Part shown: positions 1 through 10,054 of the stretch, piece after piece
Layout: each line of letters starts with the position of its first letter
Position numbering within the stretch: position 1 is the stretch's first letter
IMG/VR virus record: IMGVR_UViG_3300024248_000185
Coordinates: 1 to 26,430 of that record
DNA from: a virus
Lineage: Duplodnaviria; Caudoviricetes
Strand: one strand, 5' to 3'
DNA length: 26,430 nucleotides
Program-made: the position numbers and the translations under genes
The notes under the pieces: generated by a model
Told to the model about the DNA's origin: nothing
Databases searched by the model: none
Seen by the model: the letters and a program-made list of their open reading frames with translations, nothing else

Positions 1-37
1 ATTAACAAAACCTATAAACGGAATACCAATAAAAGAT

Positions 38-1252
38 GTGACTGATGTGTATTGTCCTTTACCTTTCAATCATATGAACCTACACCCTAACGGCCATGTT
101 GGCCTGTGCTGTGTGTCAGAAATGTTCCCACCTAATGATGGCTTTTACAGAGATAGATCCGCTCCAAGAGATATGATGAATTTGTCTAGAAATAGTGTTT
201 CAGAGATGTGGTTAGACAGTAGTGTCGTTGATGCTCGAAATGAAATGTTAAAAGGAATAAAACCAGCTGCTTGCCACAACTGTTATAAGATTGAGGAAAG
301 AGGTGGTAAATCAAGAAGAAAAACAGAAATAGAAAGATGGGGACAAAACATATACGAGCCTAGATTAGAGTTTTTAGATCTAAGAATGTCTAACTTATGT
401 AACTCTAAATGTATGATGTGTAATCCTGATTCCAGTTCATCACTAGCAAAAGAATATAAACAATGGGAAAACAAATTAGATTTTGTAAATGCAGATCCTA
501 AAACATATCAAGAGTATCAATGGTTCAATGAAGAAAAGATAGAACAAATACTAGAACACAAAGACACATTAAAGTATATGTACATAAATGGAGGAGAGCC
601 ATTTATGATGCCTTTCCATTGGAAATTTTTAGAAAGATTAATAGAAGAGGGTGTGGCAGAGAATATTCATATTAGTTATAATACAAATTGTTCTATGTTT
701 GAGACATGGTATGATGATATTTGGAAACACTTTAAACATGTATCATTAGGTATGTCAGTAGATGGATATGATAAAGTTAATGAATGGATTAGAAAGCCTG
801 TAAAAGGAAATACATGGGAACAAATAGATGAACATGTTAATAAATTATTTTTTGAATGTCCTTCTTTATATGCAGTTAATATCACTAATACAGTACAATT
901 TTTAAATGCTCCTTACTTGGACGATTACTACAGCTGGGCTCAGCCTATAGTAGATAAAAGAAATGATAATCCAGATTTAGGTATAGCAACAATTAATCAA
1001 AATTTTCTAGTGTTCCCTCATTATTTATCTTTAAACTGTGCTTCAGTAGAATGGAAGCAAAATTTAAAACAACACTTACAAACATCTAAATACGCACAAC
1101 AAATATTAACACCCACAATGATTAGTTACTTAGACGCTAAAGACGAAAACGAATTACTTTGGAATCAAGGTATGAAGTTCTTAGATACTGTAGAAGGCAC
1201 AAGAAAATTAGGTCCTTGGAGAGACATATTCAGTTATGACTACAAATTTTAA
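38..1252 (+). CDS. Radical SAM protein with N-terminal SPASM/twitch-like Cys cluster (start uncertain; frame is open to the window edge)
   Basis: CxxxCxxC (CNSKCMMC), GGEP motif, N-terminal CPLPF...GHVGLCC...CHNC. Confidence 0.9.
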   Translation: MTDVYCPLPFNHMNLHPNGHVGLCCVSEMFPPNDGFYRDRSAPRDMMNLSRNSVSEMWLDSSVVDARNEMLKGIKPAACHNCYKIEERGGKSRRKTEIERWGQNIYEPRLEFLDLRMSNLCNSKCMMCNPDSSSSLAKEYKQWENKLDFVNADPKTYQEYQWFNEEKIEQILEHKDTLKYMYINGGEPFMMPFHWKFLERLIEEGVAENIHISYNTNCSMFETWYDDIWKHFKHVSLGMSVDGYDKVNEWIRKPVKGNTWEQIDEHVNKLFFECPSLYAVNITNTVQFLNAPYLDDYYSWAQPIVDKRNDNPDLGIATINQNFLVFPHYLSLNCASVEWKQNLKQHLQTSKYAQQILTPTMISYLDAKDENELLWNQGMKFLDTVEGTRKLGPWRDIFSYDYKF

Positions 1253-2639
1253 GAACAATAAATCCTTATGTATTTTTCCTTGGATAGAAAACTATCAAGG
1301 AAGTCGTTACGAAAGAAAGTATTGTTGTGTATCAGATGATTTAAAAGGATTAGAAAAAACAACAGAAGAAGAGTTTTTTAATTCTGTTTATATGAAAGAA
1401 ACTCGTCTAGATATGTTAGCAGGAACAAAGCGCCCAGAGTGTCATGCTTGTTATCAAAACGAGGATAATAATATTCTGTCCTTAAGAGAGGAGGCAACAT
1501 TTGAAATCGACTCAGGGGAAGTAAAAAAAACTTTTAAAGAATTATTAGACAAAACAAAAGAGGATGGCTCATTAGATGATAAACCCTCATACTACGACTC
1601 TAGGACAATTCATTGTAATCTACAATGTGTTTCCTGTGGCATTACATATAGTTCACAGCACATAGATTTATTTTTAGAAATGTTTGGTAAGGATACTTTA
1701 GACAATGCCAGAGGTAATGGTGGTACAAGAGGAAATCCTTTTAAAGTAGATAAGAAACATGAAGCACAAACTGCTAAAGAAATGGAAGTTGGGTTGGAAG
1801 AAAAAAGAATAACAGGTTTCTATTGGGCAGGAGGAGAGCCGTTTATGTCTCCTGTACATTGGACAGTAATGGAAAAGATCTTAGAACTAAGAGATAAGCC
1901 TGGATACAAAGATTATATTGATAACATAAGAGTACATTACAACACAAATTTAACAAGAAGAGAATGGAAACGAAAACCTATATCTCAAATATTAAACAAA
2001 TATAAACATCTTAGAATAGAAGCAAGTTTAGATGGTACACATGAAACATTAGAATACACAAGAGATGGCGCTAAATGGAATGATATAGAAAATAACTGGA
2101 GAGAGTTTTCAGAGGCAGGTATTACAATGGAGGTGGCTAGTGTTTTAACAGCCCCTGTAATATTTGATGTGGATAGATATATAGATTTCTTTGAGCAATG
2201 GCCAGGTATGAGAATTGCAAATCATTTATATATGATAAATCAACGAGACCCAGGCATGCAAAGTACTTTAGATATATGTTTCTGGCCTGATCATATATTT
2301 TATCCTGCTATGGATAAAGCAGTAAATGCTTTTAAAAAATCTTCTTTCTTTAATAAAGATAAAACAGTTGATATATTAAACTACTATTATAAAATGAAAG
2401 AAGAACTAAAGGACACATTTAATAATCCTAAAATTTTAAGCGCCATAAAATCTAAAACTGTTTATAGAGATGAATATCAAAAAACATTATCTTTACCTGA
2501 CTTGTTAGCAATAACACACCCTGATGCAAGAGAGTGGTATCTTAATCTACCTTATGATATGAAAGATTATTTTGGTTATCATGTAGACCTAGTGAAAGAC
2601 AATATTAAATTAAAAGGCATACCCGTGAGGCAGATATGA
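1236..2639 (+). CDS. Radical SAM protein with N-terminal SPASM/twitch-like Cys cluster
   Basis: CNLQCVSC, YWAGGEP, ASLDG; N-terminal CIFPW...YCC...CHAC; same architecture as the preceding gene. Confidence 0.9.
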   Translation: MTTNFKNNKSLCIFPWIENYQGSRYERKYCCVSDDLKGLEKTTEEEFFNSVYMKETRLDMLAGTKRPECHACYQNEDNNILSLREEATFEIDSGEVKKTFKELLDKTKEDGSLDDKPSYYDSRTIHCNLQCVSCGITYSSQHIDLFLEMFGKDTLDNARGNGGTRGNPFKVDKKHEAQTAKEMEVGLEEKRITGFYWAGGEPFMSPVHWTVMEKILELRDKPGYKDYIDNIRVHYNTNLTRREWKRKPISQILNKYKHLRIEASLDGTHETLEYTRDGAKWNDIENNWREFSEAGITMEVASVLTAPVIFDVDRYIDFFEQWPGMRIANHLYMINQRDPGMQSTLDICFWPDHIFYPAMDKAVNAFKKSSFFNKDKTVDILNYYYKMKEELKDTFNNPKILSAIKSKTVYRDEYQKTLSLPDLLAITHPDAREWYLNLPYDMKDYFGYHVDLVKDNIKLKGIPVRQI

Positions 2640-3886
2640 GTGGGTATTTTCAATATAATACATTAAATAAAATGCACATAGAACTTTCTAGTTTGTGTAA
2701 TTCTATATGCCCTAACTGTCCTAGATATTATCAAAACAGCCCCAATGAAATTCCTGAATTAATACCTCAATCTATATCTATAGAAAACTTTAAGAAATGG
2801 TTTCCACCTCAAACTATGTCAAAAATTAATCTATTATTATTGTGTGGTAATCACGGAGACCCTGTTACTTGTAAGGACTTACTTCCTATAATGGAATATT
2901 GTTATGAAACATTACCTAAAGATGGTGCAGTACAGATGCATACAAATGGAGGAATGAAGTCAACAAAAATATGGAGTAGGATAGGAGAAATATACGCAAA
3001 CAGGCCTGGCTGGAAAATGATATTTAGTATTGATGGTTTAGAAGATACAAATCACATATACAGACGAAATGTTAATTGGACAAAGTTAATGGCTAATGTT
3101 AAGGCATACACCCAACATGGAGGTAATTCAGATTGGGAGTTTCTAATATTTCAACATAATGAACATCAAATAGAAGAAGCAAAAAGATTATCTAAAGAAA
3201 TTGGCATAAGAAACTTCTCTCCTAAAATTGCACATGGATTAGATGATGGTAAAAACTTTGCTACAATGCCTGCCCTAAATAAAGAAGGCAAAACAGACTA
3301 TCACATATATCCTCCAAGAGAAAAGAAGAACAAAGTTAATTACATTGCAGAAGATAATTCAGATAAAATAACAGTCAAGAATAAAGAGTTTAATCAAATA
3401 AGAACAATGAATATGGATAGCCCTAAGGCATATAAACCTGGGACATCAGGACTAGATAGATTAGGCAAACAAGAATTAAAAGAATTAGATGATACTGTTA
3501 TACGACCTAGATGTCATAAAGAAGTATTTGTATCAGCAGCCGGTTTTATTACTCCTTGTTGTTGGATAGGACTTCTTGTTCCTTTTGTAGATGATGAAAG
3601 AAAAGTTTCTGGATTTTTTGAACACCACCAATTAAAAGAAAAAATGATGACGATAGGCTTAGAGAAATTTAATCTTCACAATGACACATTAGAAAATATA
3701 TTAGATGAAAATAGATTGAATGAAGTTTATTCTAATGATTGGAATAAAACAACTGCTTGTGGAAAATTACAAGCCTGTACTAAGACATGTGGTGCACCAA
3801 ATGTTTTAGACGACACAATGTCTCACGAAGACAACCCATACAAAAAAACAAGAAAAGCCACAGATCATAGAGAACACTTAGCATGA
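2636..3886 (+). CDS. Radical SAM protein with C-terminal SPASM/twitch-like Cys cluster
   Basis: CNSICPNC near the N-terminus, GNHGDP, HTNGG, FSIDG; C-terminal C...PCCW...CTKTCG; ATGA overlap with the upstream gene. Confidence 0.9.
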   Translation: MSGYFQYNTLNKMHIELSSLCNSICPNCPRYYQNSPNEIPELIPQSISIENFKKWFPPQTMSKINLLLLCGNHGDPVTCKDLLPIMEYCYETLPKDGAVQMHTNGGMKSTKIWSRIGEIYANRPGWKMIFSIDGLEDTNHIYRRNVNWTKLMANVKAYTQHGGNSDWEFLIFQHNEHQIEEAKRLSKEIGIRNFSPKIAHGLDDGKNFATMPALNKEGKTDYHIYPPREKKNKVNYIAEDNSDKITVKNKEFNQIRTMNMDSPKAYKPGTSGLDRLGKQELKELDDTVIRPRCHKEVFVSAAGFITPCCWIGLLVPFVDDERKVSGFFEHHQLKEKMMTIGLEKFNLHNDTLENILDENRLNEVYSNDWNKTTACGKLQACTKTCGAPNVLDDTMSHEDNPYKKTRKATDHREHLA

Positions 3887-4446
3887 AACTTCAACTTATA
3901 GATGAAAAATATCCTGTCTGGGAAGTTTCTGAATTTGATTTGCCTGAAATAGAACTAACAAGTATTAAGACTTATGATCAACAATATGAGTCTGAAACCA
4001 CACACTTAAGACAACATTGTAAACCTGACAGTATATCTCACAATGCTTTCTGTACGGTGTGGAACGATCACACTAAATTTTTAGAAAAGTTTATTAGAAA
4101 GGAAATGAATGACGTAGAAGAAGTTAGACAAATGTGGATGAATACATTATCTAACTTTAGATACCCTTCTTTTTCTCAGTCAGGAGAGTTTATACAAGAC
4201 GAAGAAGATTTTGATATGGCGCCTCATGTAGACAATAGAGGCGTATTTGGTGTTTTAATTATTAACCTAAAAGACAACCCATTAATATCTGGAACTCATT
4301 TTACTACAATGAAATGGATGGGTCCTACAAAGAAACATACGGGCGTCTTTATGTTAAACAACTGGAACACCCAACATGGTATAAATAATCCTGGTCCAGG
4401 TAGTAGATTAATAGCGTATCAGAACTTACACATAGATGCAATATAA
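3883..4446 (+). CDS. 2OG-Fe(II) oxygenase superfamily protein
   Basis: HxD (PHVDN), distal His (TQHGI) and Arg (SRL) in the order typical of the double-stranded beta-helix fold. Confidence 0.7.
   Translation: MKLQLIDEKYPVWEVSEFDLPEIELTSIKTYDQQYESETTHLRQHCKPDSISHNAFCTVWNDHTKFLEKFIRKEMNDVEEVRQMWMNTLSNFRYPSFSQSGEFIQDEEDFDMAPHVDNRGVFGVLIINLKDNPLISGTHFTTMKWMGPTKKHTGVFMLNNWNTQHGINNPGPGSRLIAYQNLHIDAI
4380..4387 (+). promoter_or_regulatory. Possible T4-type late promoter (TATAAATA)
   Basis: Exact consensus about 60 nt upstream of the 4446 start; lies inside a CDS, so it could be chance in AT-rich DNA. Confidence 0.4.
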
Positions 4447-5621
4447 TGAAAATAGAAGTCGTAATAGATCCTAAATTATTTGATATATTACCCCATCAAA
4501 TGGTTTCCACATCTCAATTTTCTATTGTCTGGGAACCTATTAATAATCCTTTTGTGTGGTGGTGGCTGTCTTATTATGTAGACAAGGAAATGTACAAAGA
4601 ACCCCATACTTCTTTTGTAGGCAAATTTAAAAAAAATTATAAATCTAATCCCACTAGAGCTTTAGAAAAACTTAAATCTCAAACACTATACATTAGATCT
4701 ATAATACACGAAATAAATTCTTTTCTAGAACCTAAAGATTATTTTCCCATTAAACCTGAGGATATAAATTTAAAATTTAACAAAGAGTCTAAACAAATGT
4801 TAAATGATATTCATAGACATTTTGTTAGAATACATTACCCTACTACAAAATATAATCCTAGAGATTATGCTCACCCTCCTAGAAGAGTAGCGCCCCATAG
4901 CGTAACTTGGAGATATAACTGGTATATGGATAGGTGTGATTATGACTTAGACGATCCTTATAAAGAATATCCTAACGATTTTACACTTGTTGATCCTACA
5001 CAGTCTCATGCTTGGGTAGATATTGTATTAAAATTAAATGATGCCTGTCACGACATAGAGCAGTATTATTATCAAAGGTCTAATAAAGCAAAAAACTTTC
5101 CTGACTTAATAGAATATGAATTGCTTCCTAAATTATCTAAAAAATGGGGAAACAAGTGGTATGAGATACCTAAAGATGCTATGTCAACTGCCGAACGGCA
5201 AGATACTATAGACTCTATAATTAGCAATGCTAAACGAAAGAAACAGCAAACAATTCCAGATGATTTATTTAAGTGGCAATCTTCTGATACAACAATAGAT
5301 GTATGGCTTCCACAAAATTGTGTATTAGGCAAAAATCCAACTATTGCTTATATGGATGATGATGACTCAACACAATTTGATATACACAATGGGCACCAAG
5401 CAGATTTTGGCTTTGCTTTTACGAACAGAAAAGATAGAGAGATTATAAAGAAAGAAGGCTTTAGTGGCAACATACCTTATGGTTGGCCTTTAGGAAGAAT
5501 TGTAGAGGGTAGAGATGTTTTAGATAAAATAAAAGAACTGTATCTTAATCAGGATTATGTATATAAACATAAATTAAAATTAGGAGACATAAATATTAAG
5601 GAGATTAAAGTATGGAAGTAA
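4446..5621 (+). CDS. Hypothetical protein (391 aa)
   Basis: Long ORF coupled by TAATG to the upstream gene; no family recognised. Confidence 0.8.
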   Translation: MKIEVVIDPKLFDILPHQMVSTSQFSIVWEPINNPFVWWWLSYYVDKEMYKEPHTSFVGKFKKNYKSNPTRALEKLKSQTLYIRSIIHEINSFLEPKDYFPIKPEDINLKFNKESKQMLNDIHRHFVRIHYPTTKYNPRDYAHPPRRVAPHSVTWRYNWYMDRCDYDLDDPYKEYPNDFTLVDPTQSHAWVDIVLKLNDACHDIEQYYYQRSNKAKNFPDLIEYELLPKLSKKWGNKWYEIPKDAMSTAERQDTIDSIISNAKRKKQQTIPDDLFKWQSSDTTIDVWLPQNCVLGKNPTIAYMDDDDSTQFDIHNGHQADFGFAFTNRKDREIIKKEGFSGNIPYGWPLGRIVEGRDVLDKIKELYLNQDYVYKHKLKLGDINIKEIKVWK

Positions 5622-6316
5622 TAAAACATCAGGAAGACATAAGATTTAGATCCGCGATTGTTACGGGTTGTGGTAGTAAATATGGTCTTGTTATTTTAAA
5701 ACAGATATTACATAGGTTTGATAGTGTAGAGTTATATACATCTCAAAAACATTCAGATATAGATTTACCTTCAAAACTAAAAAATAAATTGCATACACAT
5801 ACTATATCCTGGGAAGCGCCTGTTTTTAAACCCAATGATAAAAAATATGACTTAGTGTTTTTTAATCACAATTCATCTCCTCAAGACTTTTCTTTACAAA
5901 ATTATCATACAGATGTTTTATGGACACAAGATATAATTGATAAATTACACAAACACGAAGATTTAAAAGTTGGATGGATGATAACAGCAGGTATAATTTC
6001 ACCTCCCGATTGGTTTGAATATGCACCTTACTTTCATATGAAACATTCAAGATTATATCTAATGTACTTTATGCAATACTTACATCCAGGAAAATATTTT
6101 GCCGTTGATCCAGGAGAGCCTTCGCAGTGGACAGACATTGAAAGAAAACAACAAGCAATTCATTTAGCAGAATTTATGTTGGGCTCAATAGAGCAACCAG
6201 GCACATTATATAAGGCAGTATATCATAATGGAAAAGTACAGCCACCCGAGTTTAATTGGAAATTAGAGTGGACACGAGAACAGCATGAAACTGGAGATCC
6301 TTTTATCTATGATTAA
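5612..6316 (+). CDS. Divergent short-chain dehydrogenase/reductase (Rossmann fold)
   Basis: AIVTGCGSKYG glycine motif, YDLVFFNHN, catalytic-type YxxxK (YFHMK). Confidence 0.65.
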   Translation: MEVIKHQEDIRFRSAIVTGCGSKYGLVILKQILHRFDSVELYTSQKHSDIDLPSKLKNKLHTHTISWEAPVFKPNDKKYDLVFFNHNSSPQDFSLQNYHTDVLWTQDIIDKLHKHEDLKVGWMITAGIISPPDWFEYAPYFHMKHSRLYLMYFMQYLHPGKYFAVDPGEPSQWTDIERKQQAIHLAEFMLGSIEQPGTLYKAVYHNGKVQPPEFNWKLEWTREQHETGDPFIYD

Positions 6317-7712
6317 ATGGGGTATATCAGCATACAATCACAACGCAGCAATTTCAGTAGTCAAAGGAGACGAAATACTTTTTGCATCTGAGTCTGAAAG
6401 ATATAGTGGTATAAAAAATGATGCCAATATACCTGACAATATGATAGACGCTATAATGGAGTATGGCGAGCCCGCAGAAATTCATTGGTATGAAAATCAG
6501 TTTATGAAAAATATAAGACGATTGTATGCAGGACAAGGTTGGAAAAAACTAAACATACACCCCAATTTAAAAAGAACAAGAATAAAATATCACAGTCATC
6601 ACAAAACACATGCAGCTGCTGGCTTTTATACAAGTCCTTTTGACAATGCATCTGTTCTTGTTGTGGATGCGATAGGAGAGTTTACAACCACAAGTATATG
6701 GAATGGAGGCCACTGGCTCTCAAAAGTTTGGGGAGACATATATCCTAGATCGTTAGGTTTGTTTTACTCTGCTATAACACATAGATGTAATTTAAAACCC
6801 AACGAGGAAGAATATATTTTAATGGGTATGTCTGCTTATGGAGATCCTAACAAATATTATAATGAAATGAAAGTTTTATTAAATACAAATTTGCACAAAG
6901 GTTGTCGAGATTGGCTACCAGGTGTAAAAGACTATTATGACTTTGCAGCCTCAGCTCAAAAAATATACGAAGAAGAGTTTGAGAAATTAGTATATAAGAC
7001 AAAGAAGATGTTACCTCACAATAGAAACTTAGTAATCATGGGAGGGTGTGCATTAAATTGTGTAGCAAATAATTTAGCATTAAAGTATTTTGATGATGTA
7101 TGGATTATGCCAGCTCCTGGAGACTCAGGTTCCTCATTGGGAGCAATACTAGCAGATTCAGAACAACATGTTAATTGGAAAGGCCCTTACTTAGGACACA
7201 ATATAGAAGGTGAGTATCCTGTAGATAAACTTATGAAAGAATTATTAAAAGGAAATATGGTAGGTGTTGCAAATGGTAGAGCTGAGTTTGGACCAAGAGC
7301 ATTAGGTAACAGATCCTTGTTAGCAGATCCTAGAGGAACAGAAGTAAAAGATCAAGTAAATGCTATTAAGCGTAGACAAGAGTTTAGGCCTTTTGCACCT
7401 GTTGTAATGGAAGAACACGCAAAAGATATATTTAATATGCCTGTGGATAAGTCTCCTTATATGCAGTATGTTATACAATGTAGCAAGGGAACCGAGTACC
7501 CTGCAATAATTCACAAAGACGGCACATCTAGGGTTCAAACTGTAAATAAGAATCAACATCAGGGTCTATATAGACTCTTATCTGAGTGGTACAAAGAAAC
7601 AGGGTGTCCTATGTTACTTAACACTAGTCTAAACATCAAAGGTAAGCCTATGGTGAATACTAAAGAAGACGCTATGCGATTTGAGGAGGAATACAATGTA
7701 CGAGTATCCTAA
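6309..7712 (+). CDS. Carbamoyltransferase, NodU/CmcH family
   Basis: GISAYNHNAA, HHKTHAA, GGCALNCVAN, EFGPRALGNRSLLADP, KRRQEFRPFAP, DGTSRVQTV, LLNTSLN; start placed at ATG 6309 (MIKWG). Confidence 0.93.
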   Translation: MIKWGISAYNHNAAISVVKGDEILFASESERYSGIKNDANIPDNMIDAIMEYGEPAEIHWYENQFMKNIRRLYAGQGWKKLNIHPNLKRTRIKYHSHHKTHAAAGFYTSPFDNASVLVVDAIGEFTTTSIWNGGHWLSKVWGDIYPRSLGLFYSAITHRCNLKPNEEEYILMGMSAYGDPNKYYNEMKVLLNTNLHKGCRDWLPGVKDYYDFAASAQKIYEEEFEKLVYKTKKMLPHNRNLVIMGGCALNCVANNLALKYFDDVWIMPAPGDSGSSLGAILADSEQHVNWKGPYLGHNIEGEYPVDKLMKELLKGNMVGVANGRAEFGPRALGNRSLLADPRGTEVKDQVNAIKRRQEFRPFAPVVMEEHAKDIFNMPVDKSPYMQYVIQCSKGTEYPAIIHKDGTSRVQTVNKNQHQGLYRLLSEWYKETGCPMLLNTSLNIKGKPMVNTKEDAMRFEEEYNVRVS

Positions 7713-8553
7713 ACTTCCTGATTCTTATTGGAAATTTTGGGGAACAGAATTTAACGAAAAAGGTGTAAAATATAAAACTTTAAAAGATCCTAGTAAACCA
7801 AGAGTTTGGTTTTTTGGAGACAGTTTTGTACAAGTGCCCAATAAGAATATATGGCATCCATTATATAATGAATTTAATGTAGTACATAAAGGAGTAGGCG
7901 GGACTAGCGTTGATGCTGTATATATGCAATTATTAGCATGTAGGCATTTAATACACCCCAATGATAGAGTTATAATAGCTCTATCTCATGTAGATAGAGA
8001 GATAGGAAGAGATGGTATTAGATTGGCACCCCTTTTCCGAAACAGAGGGACTTCATCTAATGGATGGCAAGAAGGTTATGAGTTGGAACAAGTAAAACAA
8101 TACAAACCTCCTACAGCTAAAAAGACATGGAACAATTATATAGATGAAGAGATTTATAGCAAATATATTAAGACAGTAAGATGGGATATGTCAACTACCT
8201 TAAGGTATATAGCTGTAACTAGCTCTATAACAAATGAAATTGCACCTTCACTGGCGACTAATCATCTTGCTGTATTTAATTGTTTCTATGTTCCTATAAA
8301 AGAGTTATTACAGAAATATGATGTGCCTTATCAAACTATTAAAGAGATGACTCCCGAACTAAAATCTATATGGGACTTCCTTTGTAATATAGATAGGAGC
8401 AATAAAACAAAACGAGATGAAAGCCTTGATGCCGACGCCCAATTACGAGCAAATACAAGTAATCATGCGTTTGACAGTGATGTAAATAGATTTTGGAATT
8501 ACTATAAAGGTACTCTAGAAAAGCTATGTCTAGATCAACCTCTGTATAAATAA
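7696..8553 (+). CDS. SGNH/GDSL-like hydrolase or acyltransferase
   Basis: FFGDSF block I, GVGGTS block II, C-terminal His (SNH); strong SD GAGGAGG at 7683-7689 supports ATG 7696. Confidence 0.55.
   Translation: MYEYPKLPDSYWKFWGTEFNEKGVKYKTLKDPSKPRVWFFGDSFVQVPNKNIWHPLYNEFNVVHKGVGGTSVDAVYMQLLACRHLIHPNDRVIIALSHVDREIGRDGIRLAPLFRNRGTSSNGWQEGYELEQVKQYKPPTAKKTWNNYIDEEIYSKYIKTVRWDMSTTLRYIAVTSSITNEIAPSLATNHLAVFNCFYVPIKELLQKYDVPYQTIKEMTPELKSIWDFLCNIDRSNKTKRDESLDADAQLRANTSNHAFDSDVNRFWNYYKGTLEKLCLDQPLYK
8545..8552 (+). promoter_or_regulatory. T4-type late promoter TATAAATA
   Basis: Exact consensus; 5-nt spacer to ATG 8558. Confidence 0.75.
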
Positions 8554-8557
8554 AAAT

Positions 8558-8851
8558 ATGAAGGGTAAGGTTATTAAATTTCCGACACAACAACCAAAAC
8601 CTACAATCATCAAAGGTTATAGGATGGCATTCTATACTGAAGATGAAATAGATCTCGCTGTATTATGTTTGAATACATACGGCTTTAAAAAAATAGGGTA
8701 TACAAGAGATACACTATCTAAAGTAGATCCCTTGTACATAAAAGATTGTTTAATACGGGGCTATGGTTCCGACTTACTATCATTCCCAGCAAGAAAGCTT
8801 ATAAATAAAATTATAGACGGAATGGAAGAAATAGCAGTGAAGGTAAAATAA
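8558..8851 (+). CDS. Hypothetical protein (97 aa)
   Basis: ORF directly after a late promoter and filling the gap in the gene run. Confidence 0.75.
   Translation: MKGKVIKFPTQQPKPTIIKGYRMAFYTEDEIDLAVLCLNTYGFKKIGYTRDTLSKVDPLYIKDCLIRGYGSDLLSFPARKLINKIIDGMEEIAVKVK
8800..8807 (+). promoter_or_regulatory. Possible T4-type late promoter TATAAATA
   Basis: Exact consensus about 47 nt upstream of 8855; lies inside a CDS. Confidence 0.45.
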
Positions 8852-8854
8852 AGT

Positions 8855-9190
8855 ATGCCAATATACAGTTTTGAAAATGATAAAGGTGAAGTCTGGGACG
8901 AAATGATGACCTGGGATAAGCGCTGTGAATATCTAAAAGAAAATCCAAAAATCAAACAAATTATTACAGGTGCTCCTAATATTAATAAGGGAGGCACAGG
9001 TGATAGAACAAAACCAGATGGTGGATTCAAAGATGTATTATCTAGAGTAGCAGATGCTAATCCTTATTCACCTATGGCAGATGACTTTGGCAAAAAGGAT
9101 TCTAAGTCTGTAAAAATTAGAGATACAGTTAAAAAAGTTAAAAAACGAGTCGGCGGTTTGATGGGTGAATCTAAACCGGACAACATATAG
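8855..9190 (+). CDS. FmdB-like small protein of the type found upstream of phoH in T4-like phages
   Basis: MPIYSF...GEVWDEMM...YLKENP...KPDGGFKDVLSRV pattern and position before phoH; the zinc-ribbon cysteines are absent. Confidence 0.6.
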   Translation: MPIYSFENDKGEVWDEMMTWDKRCEYLKENPKIKQIITGAPNINKGGTGDRTKPDGGFKDVLSRVADANPYSPMADDFGKKDSKSVKIRDTVKKVKKRVGGLMGESKPDNI

Positions 9191-9273
9191 GAGGTTCCAT
9201 ATAAGAAATATTATATCATGTTAGGGTAGCAATTTTTGTTACATAGACTTTCAACTAACAGGAGAACAATTAA

Positions 9274-10014
9274 ATGGCTAGAAGAAATCTTCAACTAGTT
9301 CAAGACAAACAATCAAATGGTAGGCGATCAACGCCACTCAAAATACAACCACAGGATCTCGCAAGATTCGATCCAATCACTAATACACAAAATTTATTCT
9401 GGCAGATGTACAAACGCAAAGATGCTTTGTTGTTGCATGGCTCTGCTGGAACAGGTAAAACTTTTATTGCTATGTACAAGGCAATGGAAGATGTGATTAA
9501 CAGAGGTGGTCCGTATAATAAATTAATCATAATTCGTTCAGCAGTACCTTCCAGAGAAATAGGCCACTTGCCAGGTGACTATGGAGAAAAGATAGATGTG
9601 TATTCAATACCCTATCAGAATATGATGGACGAACTATATCCTCACAAGGACAAACCTTATGACAGACTTATGGAGCAAAAGAAGTTATACTTTATGTGCA
9701 CCTCCTTTGTAAGAGGGATTACATTAGATAACTCTATTATAGTCGTTGACGAATGTCAGAATATGAATGATATGGAAATTAACAGTATTATGACAAGAGT
9801 AGGTAATAGTTCTAAGATCATCTTTTGTGGAGATTTTAGACAAACAGACTTATACAAAAACAACGACAAATCAGGAATGAAGAAGTTCATACAAATAGCG
9901 GAGAACATGCCATCATTTGGAACAGTAGAATTTGGTCCTGAGGACATTGTTCGTTCAGAACTCGTAAAAGAGTACATCTTAGCAAGGGTAGAATACGAAG
10001 AAAAAAACGAATAA
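9274..10014 (+). CDS. phoH: PhoH-family ATPase
   Basis: Walker A GSAGTGKT, IGHLPG, RGITLD, Walker B IVVDECQN, GDFRQTDL, DIVRSELV; SD AGGAG. Confidence 0.95.
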   Translation: MARRNLQLVQDKQSNGRRSTPLKIQPQDLARFDPITNTQNLFWQMYKRKDALLLHGSAGTGKTFIAMYKAMEDVINRGGPYNKLIIIRSAVPSREIGHLPGDYGEKIDVYSIPYQNMMDELYPHKDKPYDRLMEQKKLYFMCTSFVRGITLDNSIIVVDECQNMNDMEINSIMTRVGNSSKIIFCGDFRQTDLYKNNDKSGMKKFIQIAENMPSFGTVEFGPEDIVRSELVKEYILARVEYEEKNE

Positions 10015-10019
10015 AGTGC

Positions 10020-10048
10020 TTGACTTTTGGTCCTTAAGAGTGCATAAT
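10020..10048 (+). promoter_or_regulatory. Sigma70-type (early) promoter, copy 1
   Basis: TTGACT-N17-CATAAT with an A-rich upstream tract. Confidence 0.8.
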
Positions 10049-10054
10049 GTAAGC

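Noticed and set aside
9226-9242. Imperfect palindrome GTAGCAA-TTT-TTGTTAC before phoH as a Pho box or NtcA site
   Set aside because: Not a direct-repeat Pho box, and the spacing is GTA-N11-TAC rather than GTA-N8-TAC; at most a weak hairpin
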